From: Felis catus
Lineage: Eukaryota
Length of the DNA stretch: 64,000 nucleotides
Direction of reading: 5' to 3'
Assembly: GCF_018350175.1 (NCBI RefSeq)
Contig: NC_058368.1
Span: 5,394,001 to 5,458,000, forward strand
Below, in pieces: positions 40,397 through 52,060 of this stretch. A program made the translations under genes and the position numbers. A model generated the notes under the pieces. It was not told the origin of the DNA, did not search any database, and saw only the letters and a list, made by a program, of their open reading frames with translations. Positions within the stretch are counted from its first letter, which is position 1, and the number at the start of each line of letters is the position of its first letter.

Positions 40397-40850
40397 CCAT
40401 CTCATTTCCTTTTCCGTATGTATTTTTTTATTTACTTAGTGACTACTGTGGGGATTACAATCAACATAAATTTCCTACAGTCCAATTTGAATTGGTGGCA
40501 ATTTAAATTCAGTAGCCTAGAAAAATTGCTCCCACACAGCTCCACATCTCCTTTATATTGCTGTTGTAGCAAATTTCATCTCTGGACACTGTATACCCAT
40601 TAACATAGACCTATAATTATTTTGTGCATTTATCTTTTAAATGACGCAGGGAACAAAAAAGGGCTGCAAATCAAAAATACGCTAATATTGGATTTTATGT
40701 TTTATGTGTGCAGTTACCTTTAGGGGAGCTCTTTACTGTTTGGTGTTCTTTCATTTCAGCCTAAAGCACTGCTTTTCAGTATTTTTTGTGGGGCAGGTCT
40801 AGGAATGAATTCACATTTTGTTGATCTTGGCATGTCTTCATCCCCCCCCC

Positions 40851-40949
40851 TTTTTTTTTTTAGTTATCTCTACACCCACTATGGGGCTTGAACTCAACAA
40901 CCCTGAGATCGAGTCATACTCTCTACTGACTGAGCCAGCCAGGTCCCCC
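40851..40949 (-). mobile_element. Short tRNA-derived CAN-SINE
   Basis: T tail, then tggggcttgaactcaacaaccctgagatcgagtc...tctactgactgagccagccaggtcccc. Confidence 0.85.
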
Positions 40950-42914
40950 TTTCCTAATTTTTTTAAATGGTAGTTTTGCCAAATACAGGATTCTTGGTCA
41001 GGTTTTTTTTTTCTTCCAGAACTTTAAATATAGTCATTTTACTGCCTTTTGGCATCCATAGTTTCCAATGAACAATTGGCAGTTAATTTTTATTAAAGAT
41101 GCCTTACACATGACGAGTAGCTTCTCTTGTGTGGTGTTTGAGATTCTCTTTATTTTGTCTTTGACAGTTTGATTGTAATGCTTGTTTGCATTTGTAGGTC
41201 AGATTATAGATTTATAGATTTGCATTTAGAGATTTATAGTTTGATTATAGATCTCTTTAAGTCTGTCCTGCTTGGAGTTTGTTGAGCTCTATGGACCATG
41301 GGATTTTTTCAGCCATTTTTTCTTCACATATTTTTTTCTTCTCCTCTGTTCTTGTTTTCTCCTCCTAAGACCCTCACATGCAAATGCTGCTATGCTTGAT
41401 GGTGTCCTACATGTCCTTCTGGCTCTGTTTATTTTTATTCATTCATTCTTTTTTCTCTCTGCTCCTTGGTCTGTATAATTTCAGTATATTTTCAGTATCG
41501 CTGGATCTTTTTCCTGCTTGTTCAAATCTCTCCTTAAACCCTTCTAGTGAATTGTTAATTTTAGCTACTCTACTTTTCAGCTCCAGAGTTTCCATTTGGT
41601 TTCTTATTATTACTCCTATCTCTTTCCTAACACTCTCCACTTTGTCATACATTTTCCTGATTTCCTCTGCTTCTTTGTTTCCTTTAGCATTTTGAGCATA
41701 TTTAAGACAATTGATTGAAATCTTTGTCTAGTAAATTCAGCGTTTGAGCTTCCTCAGGGATGACTCCTTTCGATTCTGTTTTTCCCCCACGAATGGGGCA
41801 TTTTCTCTTGTTGCTTTGTGTGCCTCATACTTTCTTGTTGTTGGAACTGGTTATTTTAAATGTTATAATGTGATAAACGTGGAAATCGGATTCTCCGCGT
41901 GACAAGGGTTCGTGGTTGACCGTCCAGTGCTGCCGTTTGTTTAGTGAGTTTCCCAATCCATTTTTGCGAAGACTGTATTCTTGGTCACGTGTTATCACTG
42001 AAGTCTCTGTTCTGTTGATGGGCGGTGACTGAAGTCTCTTCTCTGTTTTCTCACTGGTCATCCAGTTACCTTAAATGAGATTTCCTTAAATGTCTGGAGT
42101 CAAAAGGGAAATAAATAGTTGCCCTGTCTTTGAGCTGGAGCACCCCTTCAATGTGGAAGGTGGGTCATCCACAGCTTTGCTTTTGCCTCCTGTTGTGCAG
42201 CACTGACAGAACCACTAGAAGTATAAGTCTGGGCCTCGTCAGGTCTTTTCTGAGTGTGCGTCAGTCCTGGGCACATGTACTACACTATAACTTTCACCGT
42301 GTATGTGGTGACCCTTCCAAGCTCTTACTCATTCCAGAAACTTCCTCCTCAGCCTTTTGCTTCCCAGGCTTTTGGGTCCGTCCACTGCTTGCCCCCTCTG
42401 CTGTCCCGTGTCCTGGGTGAGCGTGGAGAGCATATCTTTAAATCTTCCATAAAGTGCCACCATCACCTGGAAAAAGCCACTGCCCAGGAGAGCAGGGCAG
42501 GGCGAAACAAAGGTCCGCCTCTGCACCAGTCCCTCAAGGAACCAAAGGATAAGTCAAAATGCGCCACTGTAGTATTTTAAGAATAAGATCCATATGAGCC
42601 CCTTGGCATCAGCAAGCTGCACTAGGAATGTCGGCCACCATCCTCCTGGCCACGGTGTGGTGCTGGGGGATGGGGGTGGGCAGGCAGGTAAGCAAAAAGG
42701 CCACAGTGGTCTATTCATGGACTTCAGCCACGTTTGTCTTCACTAAGCACTCCCCCAGTTATTGCAGGTTTTTAAATTAAATCCCAGAGTTCCAGAATGT
42801 GATCGTGTCGGTATTTTCATCTTAATCCTTGCTTCCGTGGAGGAACTGTTTCTCAGAGCACCCTAGTCCATGATTTTCTGGGATGTAGCTTGGGACTTAC
42901 TTGCTTTTTCAGTC

Positions 42915-43775
42915 ATTTTTTAAAACCGATCATTTTTTTAAGAGCAGTTTGTGGTTCACAGGTGAATTGGGGGAAAGGTACAGATTTCCTGTGTGTCCCC
43001 CACCCCCACACATGCAGAGCCTCTCCTACCATCACCACCCCCCCCCCCCATCAGAGTGGTATATTTGTTACAGTCGACAGACCCACGTTGACTCATCCTC
43101 GTCCCCAAAGGCTGTAGTTATGTCAGGGTTCACTCTTGGTGCACATTCTATGGCTTTGGACCAATGTGTAATGCCAGGTATCGAATAGAGTCGTTTCACT
43201 GCCCTGAAGATCCTTTGTGTTTCATCCGTTCTTCTCGCATCCCTCAACCCCTGGTAAACGGTGATTTTTTTTTTTAACTGTCTCCATAGTTTTTGTTGTT
43301 TCCAGGTGTCCTATAGTTGGAATCCCACAGATTCTCAGATTGGTTTCTTTCACTTAGGTAATACACATGTAAGATTACTCCGTGTCTTTTCATGGCTGAT
43401 GACTAATTTCTTTTGATCACTGAATAATATTCCTTTGTCTGGATGTATCCCAGTTTATCCATTTACTTACAGAAGGACGTCTTGGTTGCTTCCAAGTTTT
43501 AGCAGTTACGAGTGAAGCTGCTATAAACATCCAGGTGCAGGTTTCTGTGTGGACGTAAGTTTTCAACTCCATTGGGTAAATACCAGGGACTGCAATTGCT
43601 GGGTTTTATGTAAAAGTGTGTTTAGTTTTGTAAGAAACTGCCAAACTGTCTTCCAAATTGGCTGAACTGTTTTGTGTTCCTACCAGCAATAAATGAGAGT
43701 TCCTGTTGCTCTAAATCCTCACCAGCAGTTGATGTTGTCAGCATTCCAGATTTTGGCCATTCTAAGAAGTGTGGG
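42915..43775 (-). mobile_element. L1MC-type 3' end
   Basis: ttttttaagagcagtttgtggttcacag...; ORF 43622-43810 (AGEDLEQQELSFIAGRNTK) is an L1 ORF2 C-terminal relic. Confidence 0.85.
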
Positions 43776-44521
43776 TAATTACTTTTTGAAGGATGATAGT
43801 CCCACTTCATACAAATCTGAGTGGTAATATTTTTATCTAAACATGCTGTTATTAAAGCAGCCTTTCAGAGCCTGGGAAGCGTTTCCTGCCTGGGAGTTAT
43901 TAAGTAGGCTGTTCTGTACAGCAACGGCTTGCCCCACTGTCAAGGCCATGCAGCTGTGTGGATTGAGTCGGAGGTGAAGTGTGCTCTTTGCTTTCTCTCT
44001 TGCCGCTGGTTTCTCAGCTGATTCTCCCTCAACCTTCTCCCCGTGTCGTAGCTTCATGCCCCTTGCTCCTGCCTTCTTCGCTCCGCTGTTCAGTGTTTTG
44101 ACCCATCTAATATTTTTTAAGCACTACTTTGATCTGGTGACTTTTAAAATACATTTTAATAACTTCAGAAGGAAGCTTCAACTTCTGGGACTCACCTTCA
44201 AGATGCTTCAAAAATCCAACCTGGTCTTATTTGCCCACCAATTCCCATTGTATTTCTGTGTATTCCCGCTAAATAAAGAGTGAGTGTCACCATTTCTGGT
44301 GTAGAAACTGAGGGTGCCCCTTCTGTGGTTTCTTTTACTTCAGTTTCCCCCTTCCACACCTTTCTCTTCTTCACGTGCCCACAGTCTGCCTCTCTTTCAA
44401 AAACCTAGCCCCGATGTGAAGGCTTTGTTAAAGTTAATATCTACTTAAAAAAATCCTTATTACTTAACCTTACTACTATTTGGTTCTTAATACTCCGGTC
44501 CCTTGTAGTATAGTTATTTTT

Positions 44522-44945
44522 GGAATCTGATTTCCAGATTTGTCACGTTAAAACATTTAAAATGACCAGTTTTTGGGGTGCCTGGGTGGCTCAGTCGGTT
44601 GAGCATCCGACTTCGGCTCAGGTCATGATCTCACCATTCATGGGTTCAAGCCCCACATCCAGCTCTGCGCTGACAGCTCGGAGCCTGGAGTCTGCTTCGG
44701 CTTCTGTGTCTGCCTCGTCTCTCTGCCCCTCCCCTGCTCACACTCTGTCTCTGTCTCTCTGTCTCTCAAAAATAAACAAACATTAAAAACAATTTTTTTT
44801 TAAATAACCCAGTTTTCAACAACAAATGACAAGGCACACCAACAAGAGACAATACTCCATTCATGGGGGAAAAACAAATTGAAAGACCTCATTCCTGAGG
44901 AAGCTCAAACACTACACTTAGTGGATATAGACTATAATTCAATCT
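44522..44945 (+). mobile_element. L1M 5'/ORF1-region fragment, inverted copy of ~41710-41893, split by a SINE
   Basis: By-eye alignment to the reverse complement of 41710-41893 (e.g. tgggggaaaaaca, cctgaggaagctcaaac). Confidence 0.8.
44575..44801 (+). mobile_element. CAN-SINE (SINEC_Fc type)
   Basis: Complete body; imperfect TSD taaaatgaccagtttt / taaataacccagtttt. Confidence 0.95.
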
Positions 44946-44993
44946 ATGTATTCTGTCCCTTCTCTTAGACTTTCAGATGTATGAAGATGGCTA

Positions 44994-45225
44994 GGGTACT
45001 TGGGTGGCTCAGTCAGTTAAGTGTCTGACTCTTGATTTCGGCTCAGGTCATGATCTCACTGTTTGTGAGATCGAGCCCCACATTGGGCTCTGTGCTGACA
45101 GCATGGAGCCTGCTTGAGGGCTTTTCAAGAGAGGGATTTTCTCTCTCCCTCTCCATCTCTGCCCCTTCCCCACTTACACATGCACATGCATGCTCTCTCT
45201 CAAATAAATAAACTTAAAAAAAAAA
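44994..45225 (+). mobile_element. CAN-SINE, older subfamily
   Basis: gggtacttgggtggctcagtcagttaagtgtctgactcttgatttcggctcagg head, A tail; imperfect TSD agatgtatgaagatgg / agatatatgaaggtag. Confidence 0.93.
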
Positions 45226-46848
45226 GATATATGAAGGTAGCATGTATTGGTTCATTTGACATTCCCTGAATTTCTTGGCATAGTGCCCCACTGTTTTAAA
45301 TGTTTATTATTTGCCAAATAAAGGCATATTTGAGTTTAGCTACAGGGAAAGAAACTATTTTTGTAGGAATATTTTATCATCTTGTAGCTGTCAAACCAAT
45401 ATATCCGATAGTGTGATTTTAAATGGAAATAAACTTGCTGAGCCTGACCGGGAGAGCTCTTAGTTTGGTTTCCTTTGACTTCCTGAGGTAAAAACTGGTA
45501 GCACCACTCAGTGTCTTCAAGGATGTTCCTACTGATACTTTATTTAGAAACTTCTAGATTTCCTTGCAGGCTACTTATGTGCTTAGATGCATTATTGTAT
45601 CTAAACTCTTTACCTGGAATCACAACTTGATGGTTTTCCAACTTGCATTGGGTTCCTAACACCGAAGGCTTGGACCATATCTGAAATCACGATGCTGTTG
45701 CCTTGTCTGTGTCATTACTGAAAGTTTTTTAAACTTCATTTCTTATTCACATTTCTATCAGATGTCATGCCTTAGTCATACCCTCAGCCTCTGGAAAGAA
45801 AGCAAGGGGCAGGGTGTCCAATGGGGGACCTTGTGGGTCTTAGCCTCCGCCTTGCCTGGGCATCTCCTTGGAGTTAGTATCTGCCTGGCTGACTCTCCTC
45901 TCTTTCTTTCCTTCTTTGCATGCTTTCGTCTTGTTTGAGGATTCTAGCTTGTTCCTAGAGGGGTAATACAAGATATCCAGGGACACTGATTCCATTTCAG
46001 CTGTCCTTACAAGATACCCTAGAAACAGTCTCTTAGGTCTTCTGTTTTTTTCCATCACAAACCTTTTTCTCAGTATTGGACTCCTCTCATGGCATCACCT
46101 TAATGCGTTGCTGTGCTAGCGGGGTCTTTCCATTTCTCTGTGAGGCTGGAATTGAGGGTAGGAAGATCGTCTTTACAAACACAGTTAGCAAGGGAAGTTA
46201 AACCACAACTGTAAGGGATCCATTTTTTTTTTTTAATGTATGCCTTTTTTTTTTTTTTTTTAAGGCACTTTTTGTTTTCCTCACTTCCAAACTTTTAATT
46301 CTGGCTCCCATTTATTTTCTTCATTTTCTAAGTTTGTTTTGTAGCAGTTCTGGAGCCACCTATGCCCGTGGCCAGGAACTGGCTTTATTCCTCTTTGAGT
46401 AAAGACAAAGTTGACTCTAGGATAGGGTCAAAATCCGTACCAGTAGGTCTCAGTTCTGCCTTTTTGAGCTAATACATTCAATCTAATTTCCCTTGCATAT
46501 GATAGCTATTAAAACATTTCAAGACTGTGAACATGCTTATTTAAGACCGGAAAAGCCCAGGTCACAGAGGAAGAAGGAGGCAATTACAGAGTAGGAGTGG
46601 ACAGACTTGAGTGGTTTGGGAGACTCTGGGAGATGCAGATAATATAAGGCATTGCTGGGAAAGATGACAGGAGCGGGGCAGAGACAGACATGTTTGTTCA
46701 TCTGGTAGTTTTTATGATCAGTATTCCCTGAAAAATAATTTCGGCAGGTTCCTGCTTCACAATGAAAATAGGAAGAGTGTTTTCGATGGAAAAAGCCCAG
46801 AATTCCTCCATTAGCACCGCCCTTCCATTCAAACGCTGCTGCTTCCCG

Positions 46849-46874
46849 CCCCCCCCCCCCCCCCCCCCCCCCCC
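46849..46874. repeat. C26 homopolymer (G26 on the minus strand)
   Basis: Directly visible. Confidence 0.9.
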
Positions 46875-47831
46875 AGGCCAGAGGAGGCAAGGAGAGCGAG
46901 AAGGGGCAGACCTCGTTCTTCTCTCCCTCTGGTTGCCCTGTGGCTTCCAGACGTCACCGTCACCACAGCTCTGCAGGACTTCTCAGTGCCCCCTGATGGC
47001 CTTCTGTACATTTGTATGGGATTCTACGTGATAATTGCTGTTTAACTGCACACAGATTCTGGACGGGTCACAAGATTAACCATGATGTGGCAAACGAGAC
47101 CAATTGCTGTAGCTGCAAAGCAGTGACTCTGGTTTCTGTATTCCGCTCAGGAAATCGAGTCTCATTACTCTAATCCTGTCCTGCATTAATACTGATGTAA
47201 TTATAGGGCCAGAAGTTTAAAAAAATTCCAAAAAATGTAATACTGAAAGTCCTGCAACCTTACTGACTAATTGAGCCTAATTTCATGATCGTTTACAATT
47301 GCTGTCATTTGTAGATAGCATTTATTGCTCCCTGTGTACCCTGCACGTTCTTCTAGTAGGTTCGCTTTCTTACCCTGGACGCTAATTTAATCGTGACTCT
47401 CCGTCTACCCCATCAAAACAGCCATCGGTGAGTAAGGAGAGTGGTTTAGACGGATGAAGGATGACTCACAACAATGGAGTTTATAAAAAGAAAAATGGTG
47501 ACAGAGCTAACTTATAAAAAGAAGCCCATAATCCAAAAAGTGTGTTTATTTGCTTGTGTGGTCCTAGTTATGTTTAGTTTCACATAGGGACTGGGGGAAA
47601 AATGAAAATGATGGGGAACATGGTGCAGAACGTTCCATTGAAAATGATACAGTCCACATGTTGCTGTGTCATCATTGTGTGTTTTTGAAACAAATTGATT
47701 TTTTTGTGGCTCAGCAGATGATAGTCAAGGGCTTGACTGCCATATGGAATCCCATTCGGTTTTGGTTCCACCGTGGCTATAACTCCCATAAGAATGAATG
47801 TTAGGAATGAATTAGAAATTTTTGTGATGTA

Positions 47832-48050
47832 GGGGCGCCTGGGTGGCTCAGTCGGTTAAGCGTCCAACTTTGGCTCAGGTCACAATCTTGCGGTCTGTGG
47901 GTTCGAGCCCCGGGTTGGGCTCTGTGCTGACCGCTCAGAGCCTGGAGCCTGCTTTGGATTCTGTGTCTGCCTCTCTCTCTGTCCCTTCCCTGCTTGCGCT
48001 CCGTTTCTCTCTCTCTTAAACATAAATAAACATTAAAAAATATTTAAAAA
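47832..48050 (+). mobile_element. CAN-SINE (SINEC_Fc type)
   Basis: ggggcgcctgggtggctcagtcggttaagcgtcc head, complete body, aataaa and A-rich tail. Confidence 0.96.
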
Positions 48051-49862
48051 AATTTTCGGGACATTGATGTCTTAAGTTAAAACCCAGCCATTAAAGGACC
48101 CCCATTTTCTGCCTAAAGTAAGATTTCTGCATTCGGAGAAGCCACCAGACCTCCATGTCTTTTTAGGTTAGTGTGAACAAATTCATCCTGCTTGGCATCT
48201 TTCCAGGGTTCCCACTGAGGGTCCAGATGCGTGCCCCCGTGGAACTGTCTGTTCGATGAGGACTTTCTTCTGTCTTCAGCCATGCATAGGATAAAGCATG
48301 CAAATTAGGTTTTGTTTTGTTTTGTTTTTTTTTATAAATTATGCTACCTCCAATAGTGTGTTGTTTCCATTCTAGTCAGTTTTAGGCCTTTTGAATTGTT
48401 TGAAACAAATTGGTTTTGAAATCTCCCCGATGCCTGTTGGCCCACATTTTTCAGTAGGTGAAGGTCAGAATGGGTTCCCTACCACAGCTGCCCTCTCATT
48501 TCTTTCTCTCTGGGTAGGTAGTGTATTTTTTGCTTTTCAATCCCTGCGACAGACTGGAGTTTCGTATTCTTTCTCTAATGAGTATAAAACTCCCTTCCGA
48601 CTCAGAGAGCAAACCGAGAGTGAAACCTTCACGAGAAAGAGTGTTGATTGACCTGTTCTCCCCACCCCCACGTCCTCACCACTGCATTTCTTCCAACGTC
48701 CTGGCTATCAAGAAAGTGAAACTGGAATAATTTTTGAAAATTGCAGTGTGACCATGGTAGCAAATAGAATAGAGCCGGAAGCAGTGATGAAGCAAAGAGT
48801 TGCTTGTGGGCCGAAACCGTGTGTATGTCGTTTCCCCTGGCCTCCAGAAGGTGATCTTCCTGGGGAGCTTTCGAACATACAAGATTCACTCGTAATTTCT
48901 CAGAGTAATTTAAAAGCAAACGGTGGTCACCAAGTGAGTATAAGGCAGCCATAAAGGGATGCTTTATTCTTTCTCTTTTCTCTTCTCCGTTTTCAGGGGA
49001 GTATTCTGTAACCAAATGGGGTGATCCTGCTTTTTTCCTCATTCCTGTGTCCCTAAATTCCGATCGCTCCCCTGACTGTGCTTGCCACCTTGTTAGCATT
49101 CAGGTTTTATGACAAAGGGGAGCGTATGAAATAGATGTGGTTCTCTCGAGGCGATGGAGAGGCCCCAGCGGGACAGAATTTCGGGAATGGCAGCAATGTG
49201 CCCGTCTGTCATGTTGGCTTTGTCCCTAGGATTGCATGGCGTGACCCGTAGAGCCAGGTGGCTGAGCAGGAGCCAGGTTACATTTCTCCAGGGCCGCTGT
49301 GCTACGGTTGTCACCCTCAACTGCTTAGAAATGTCTAACATTCTTGCTTTCCAGAGGGCTTCCTGTGTTTACACATTGATGCTGTTGAAATCCGGGCCGG
49401 TCGATAGACGGGTTGTAGAACAGGACGGACGGAACCAAATCAGGCCAGGTGCAGAGCAACACCTTGGGGAAATACCTCCAATTATTTTCAGACGCTGGCA
49501 CCTACGTGGAAGCTACGTGCCTTAAGAAGTAGCTTTCTCATGTTAGGATTTGGGGAAATGTGCTGGCACGACCTTTTCTGGTTAACATCTTGCGTGTTTT
49601 TGATAGACTGTGCAATCATTCCACTATAACTAGGGAAGGACTATGAAAGAAGAATATTACGCACACAAATTTTGGAAGGTGTGGGTGATCATTTTGTTCT
49701 GCTGAGTCTATTTGAGAGAGCGACGGTGTTCGAAGAGCACTGAAAGTAGTTCCCCAGGCTCTGCTGGAGTTCGTGAGTTGGATCAGCTCACCTTCAGGAG
49801 GCAGGCAGGCCACAGAATGCTTCCAGTGGATGGATACCGAGGCCTCAAGAAAGAACATTTTA

Positions 49863-50371
49863 TTTTATTTGGTCGTTTTATTTTATTTTATTTTATTTTA
49901 TTTTATTTTATTTTATTTTATTTTATTTTATTATTTTATTTTGTTCTATTCTATTCTATTTTATTTTATTTTATTAAAAGAAAATCTTTTTTAATGTTTA
50001 TTTATTTTTGAGAGAGACAGAGATAGAGTGTGAGCTGGGGAGGGACAGGGAGAGGGGGACACACAGAATCAGAAGCAGGCTCCAGGCTCTGAGCTGTCAG
50101 CACAGAGCCCGACGTGACGTGGGGTTCGAACTCGCGAACAGCGAGATCATGACCTGAGCTGAAGTCGACCGCTTAACTGACGGAGCCCCCCAGGTGCCCC
50201 TATTTTATTTTTATCGAAGTGTAGCTGACACACAGTGTTACATTGGTTTCAGGGGTACAACATGGCAATGGGACAAGTCTACACATCACTCAGAGTGTAG
50301 CTTCTGTCTGTCACCATACCGTATTATTTTAATACTGTTGACTATATTCCCTGTGCCGTGCTTTTCATCAA
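49863..50371 (-). mobile_element. Short L1 3'-end insertion whose tail became (TTTTA)n and received a SINE
   Basis: L1 3' UTR at ~50201-50370 (gttacattggtttcaggggtacaacat...actatattccctgtgccgtgctttt); 13-bp TSD aaagaacatttta at 49850-49862 and 50372-50384 brackets the whole composite. Confidence 0.85.
49977..50200 (-). mobile_element. CAN-SINE (SINEC_Fc type) nested in the L1 tail
   Basis: Complete antisense body ending gagccccccaggtgcccc, flanked by tattttattt on both sides. Confidence 0.95.
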
Positions 50372-51511
50372 AAAGAACATTTTAAGTGGAAATCCCCCAA
50401 TTAGTGCTTTTCCTCTTTGATTTATATTAAAAAAAAATCGAATTGATATAATTAACTTACCTGTTTGTTTAAAAAATCAGTAGTGCCTTGGAGGGTAAGT
50501 ATTCTGACAAGTAGATAAAGGTTATAAGACGATCTGATTGGCGGTACACATCAGAGGATTAAAATGTCAGGTTAAGAAATATGTTTCTGGCTTGAGAGCT
50601 TAAACGTATCTTAAAATGCCCTCAAATTTCACAGGTATCCGAGGAAGGATGAGCTAGATTGTTTTTGTTTTGTTCTGTTCTTTTCCTCGTCTGGCTTAGA
50701 TCTTTCTAACTTGGCTCTACTCAGTAGCTCTCCCTCTGAGTTGGGTTGTGCTGGAGACGTACGGACCGCTGTGCGAGGTGGGGGATGGAAAGGAAACGAG
50801 TCATTTCAGGGCTCTGTTCCGAAGCGTGAGATCTAATCTGGTTCAGAGACCACACGTGAATTCTACCTTAGGACATTCGAATCATTTCTCTGGCAACTCG
50901 GTTTATTGTATGTGAGCGTATCAGAACACCCTGCTGTCTCTCCCCAGCCTCACCGTGCTTCTTCAGACATTTCTTGTTTTACGTGGGCCACAGCAAAAAG
51001 TTTGAATTTTGCCCAAGTGAAAAGGAAAAAGTAGATGGCATATTAAGTGACTCTTTTACGTCTTACGCATTTCTCTCTAGAAAATAACTACGTTTGTATT
51101 TGACCCGGTGAGACTGTGAACTTACTAGTAAGGGATGAAAACCTCTCATTGGTAGAAATTCAACAGGAAACTCAATTTGACAAGTTAAGACTTGCACACA
51201 AAAAAGTGTCTCCTGTAAGAAGTTTTGTTTTTTATTTTTTAAAGGTGACTGAATGTGTTAGAAAGCCTCTCACTCCTTTTTGTGTGTGTGTGCTTTTCTT
51301 TTCCTAGTGCTTTGGTGATAGGGCAGAGTCCTATAGTTGTTCTCCCTTCTAGAGAAAGGGAAAAGCCTCCCATCCAGATGTCTTCCAGCTGGACTTGTAG
51401 CCAGCTGGTTTGCCTTGCTGTGCCCTCTTGGCACACCGACTTTTGCTCCACTCCATCAGGACTCACCTTTAACAAAATTCTTCTATCACGACACCAACTA
51501 AGTCTAGAAAT

Positions 51512-51672
51512 CTGCTACTCTGGTTGCCACTAGGTACATGTGGCCATTTAGATTAAACTGAAAATTTTTGTTCCTTAGTGGCACTAGCCACATCTCAAAT
51601 GCTCAAGAGTCACACGTGGATGGTACAGAAGATCATTTTCATCATCACAGAAAGTTCTATCGGACAGTGCTG
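51512..51672 (-). mobile_element. MER3 hAT-Charlie MITE
   Basis: gccactaggtacatgtggcc...gcactagccacatctcaaatgctcaa...ttttcatcatcacagaaagttctatcggacagtgctg; flanks gtctagaa/gtctaaca resemble a hAT target duplication. Confidence 0.85.
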
Positions 51673-51864
51673 GTCTAACACCCTGAAGAGTTTCCTTTTT
51701 TTTTTTTTTTAAAGACTGTAATGTAAGCCCTTAGCCTGGCTTCCAAACTTACCCAAATCTTGTTTATGTGTACAGATTGAATATAATTTATTAGAAGGTT
51801 ATCAGAGAAATCGTTGTGCTCAGGGGAGACTTGGTGGAAAAGGAGAGGCATCTTACTCCTTTTT

Positions 51865-52060
51865 AAAAAAAATTTTTTTTAAATATTTTTATTTACTTTT
51901 GAGACAGAGCATGAGCAGGGGAGGGGCAGAGAGAGAGAGGGAGACACAGAATCCAAAGCAGGCTCCAGGCTGCCAGCACAGAGCCCGATGCGGGGCTCGA
52001 ACTCACAGACTGTGAGATCGTGACCTGAGCCAAAGTCGGACGCTTAACCGACTGAGCCCC
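51865..52060 (-). mobile_element. CAN-SINE, slightly 5'-truncated
   Basis: Perfect 16-bp TSD catcttactccttttt at 51849-51864 and 52061-52076. Confidence 0.96.

Larger units (their letters stand above)
40030..42890 (-). mobile_element. Ancient L1M (L1MC/MD-like) 5'/ORF1 region with nested LTR and SINE
   Basis: ORF 41443-41652 (NQMETLELKSRVAKINNSLEGFKERFEQAGKRSSD) matches the L1 ORF1 coiled-coil; T-rich antisense composition; boundaries approximate. Confidence 0.8.

Noticed and set aside
40851..40949. tRNA-like sequence (also the heads of all the SINEs)
   Set aside because: It is a tRNA-derived SINE head with an A tail; no intact cloverleaf is evident
50455..50503. Perfect minus-strand donor CAG|GTAAGT with a possible 43-nt exon
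   Set aside because: It is isolated, opposite to the inferred transcription direction, and the peptide is not recognised; such matches are expected by chance
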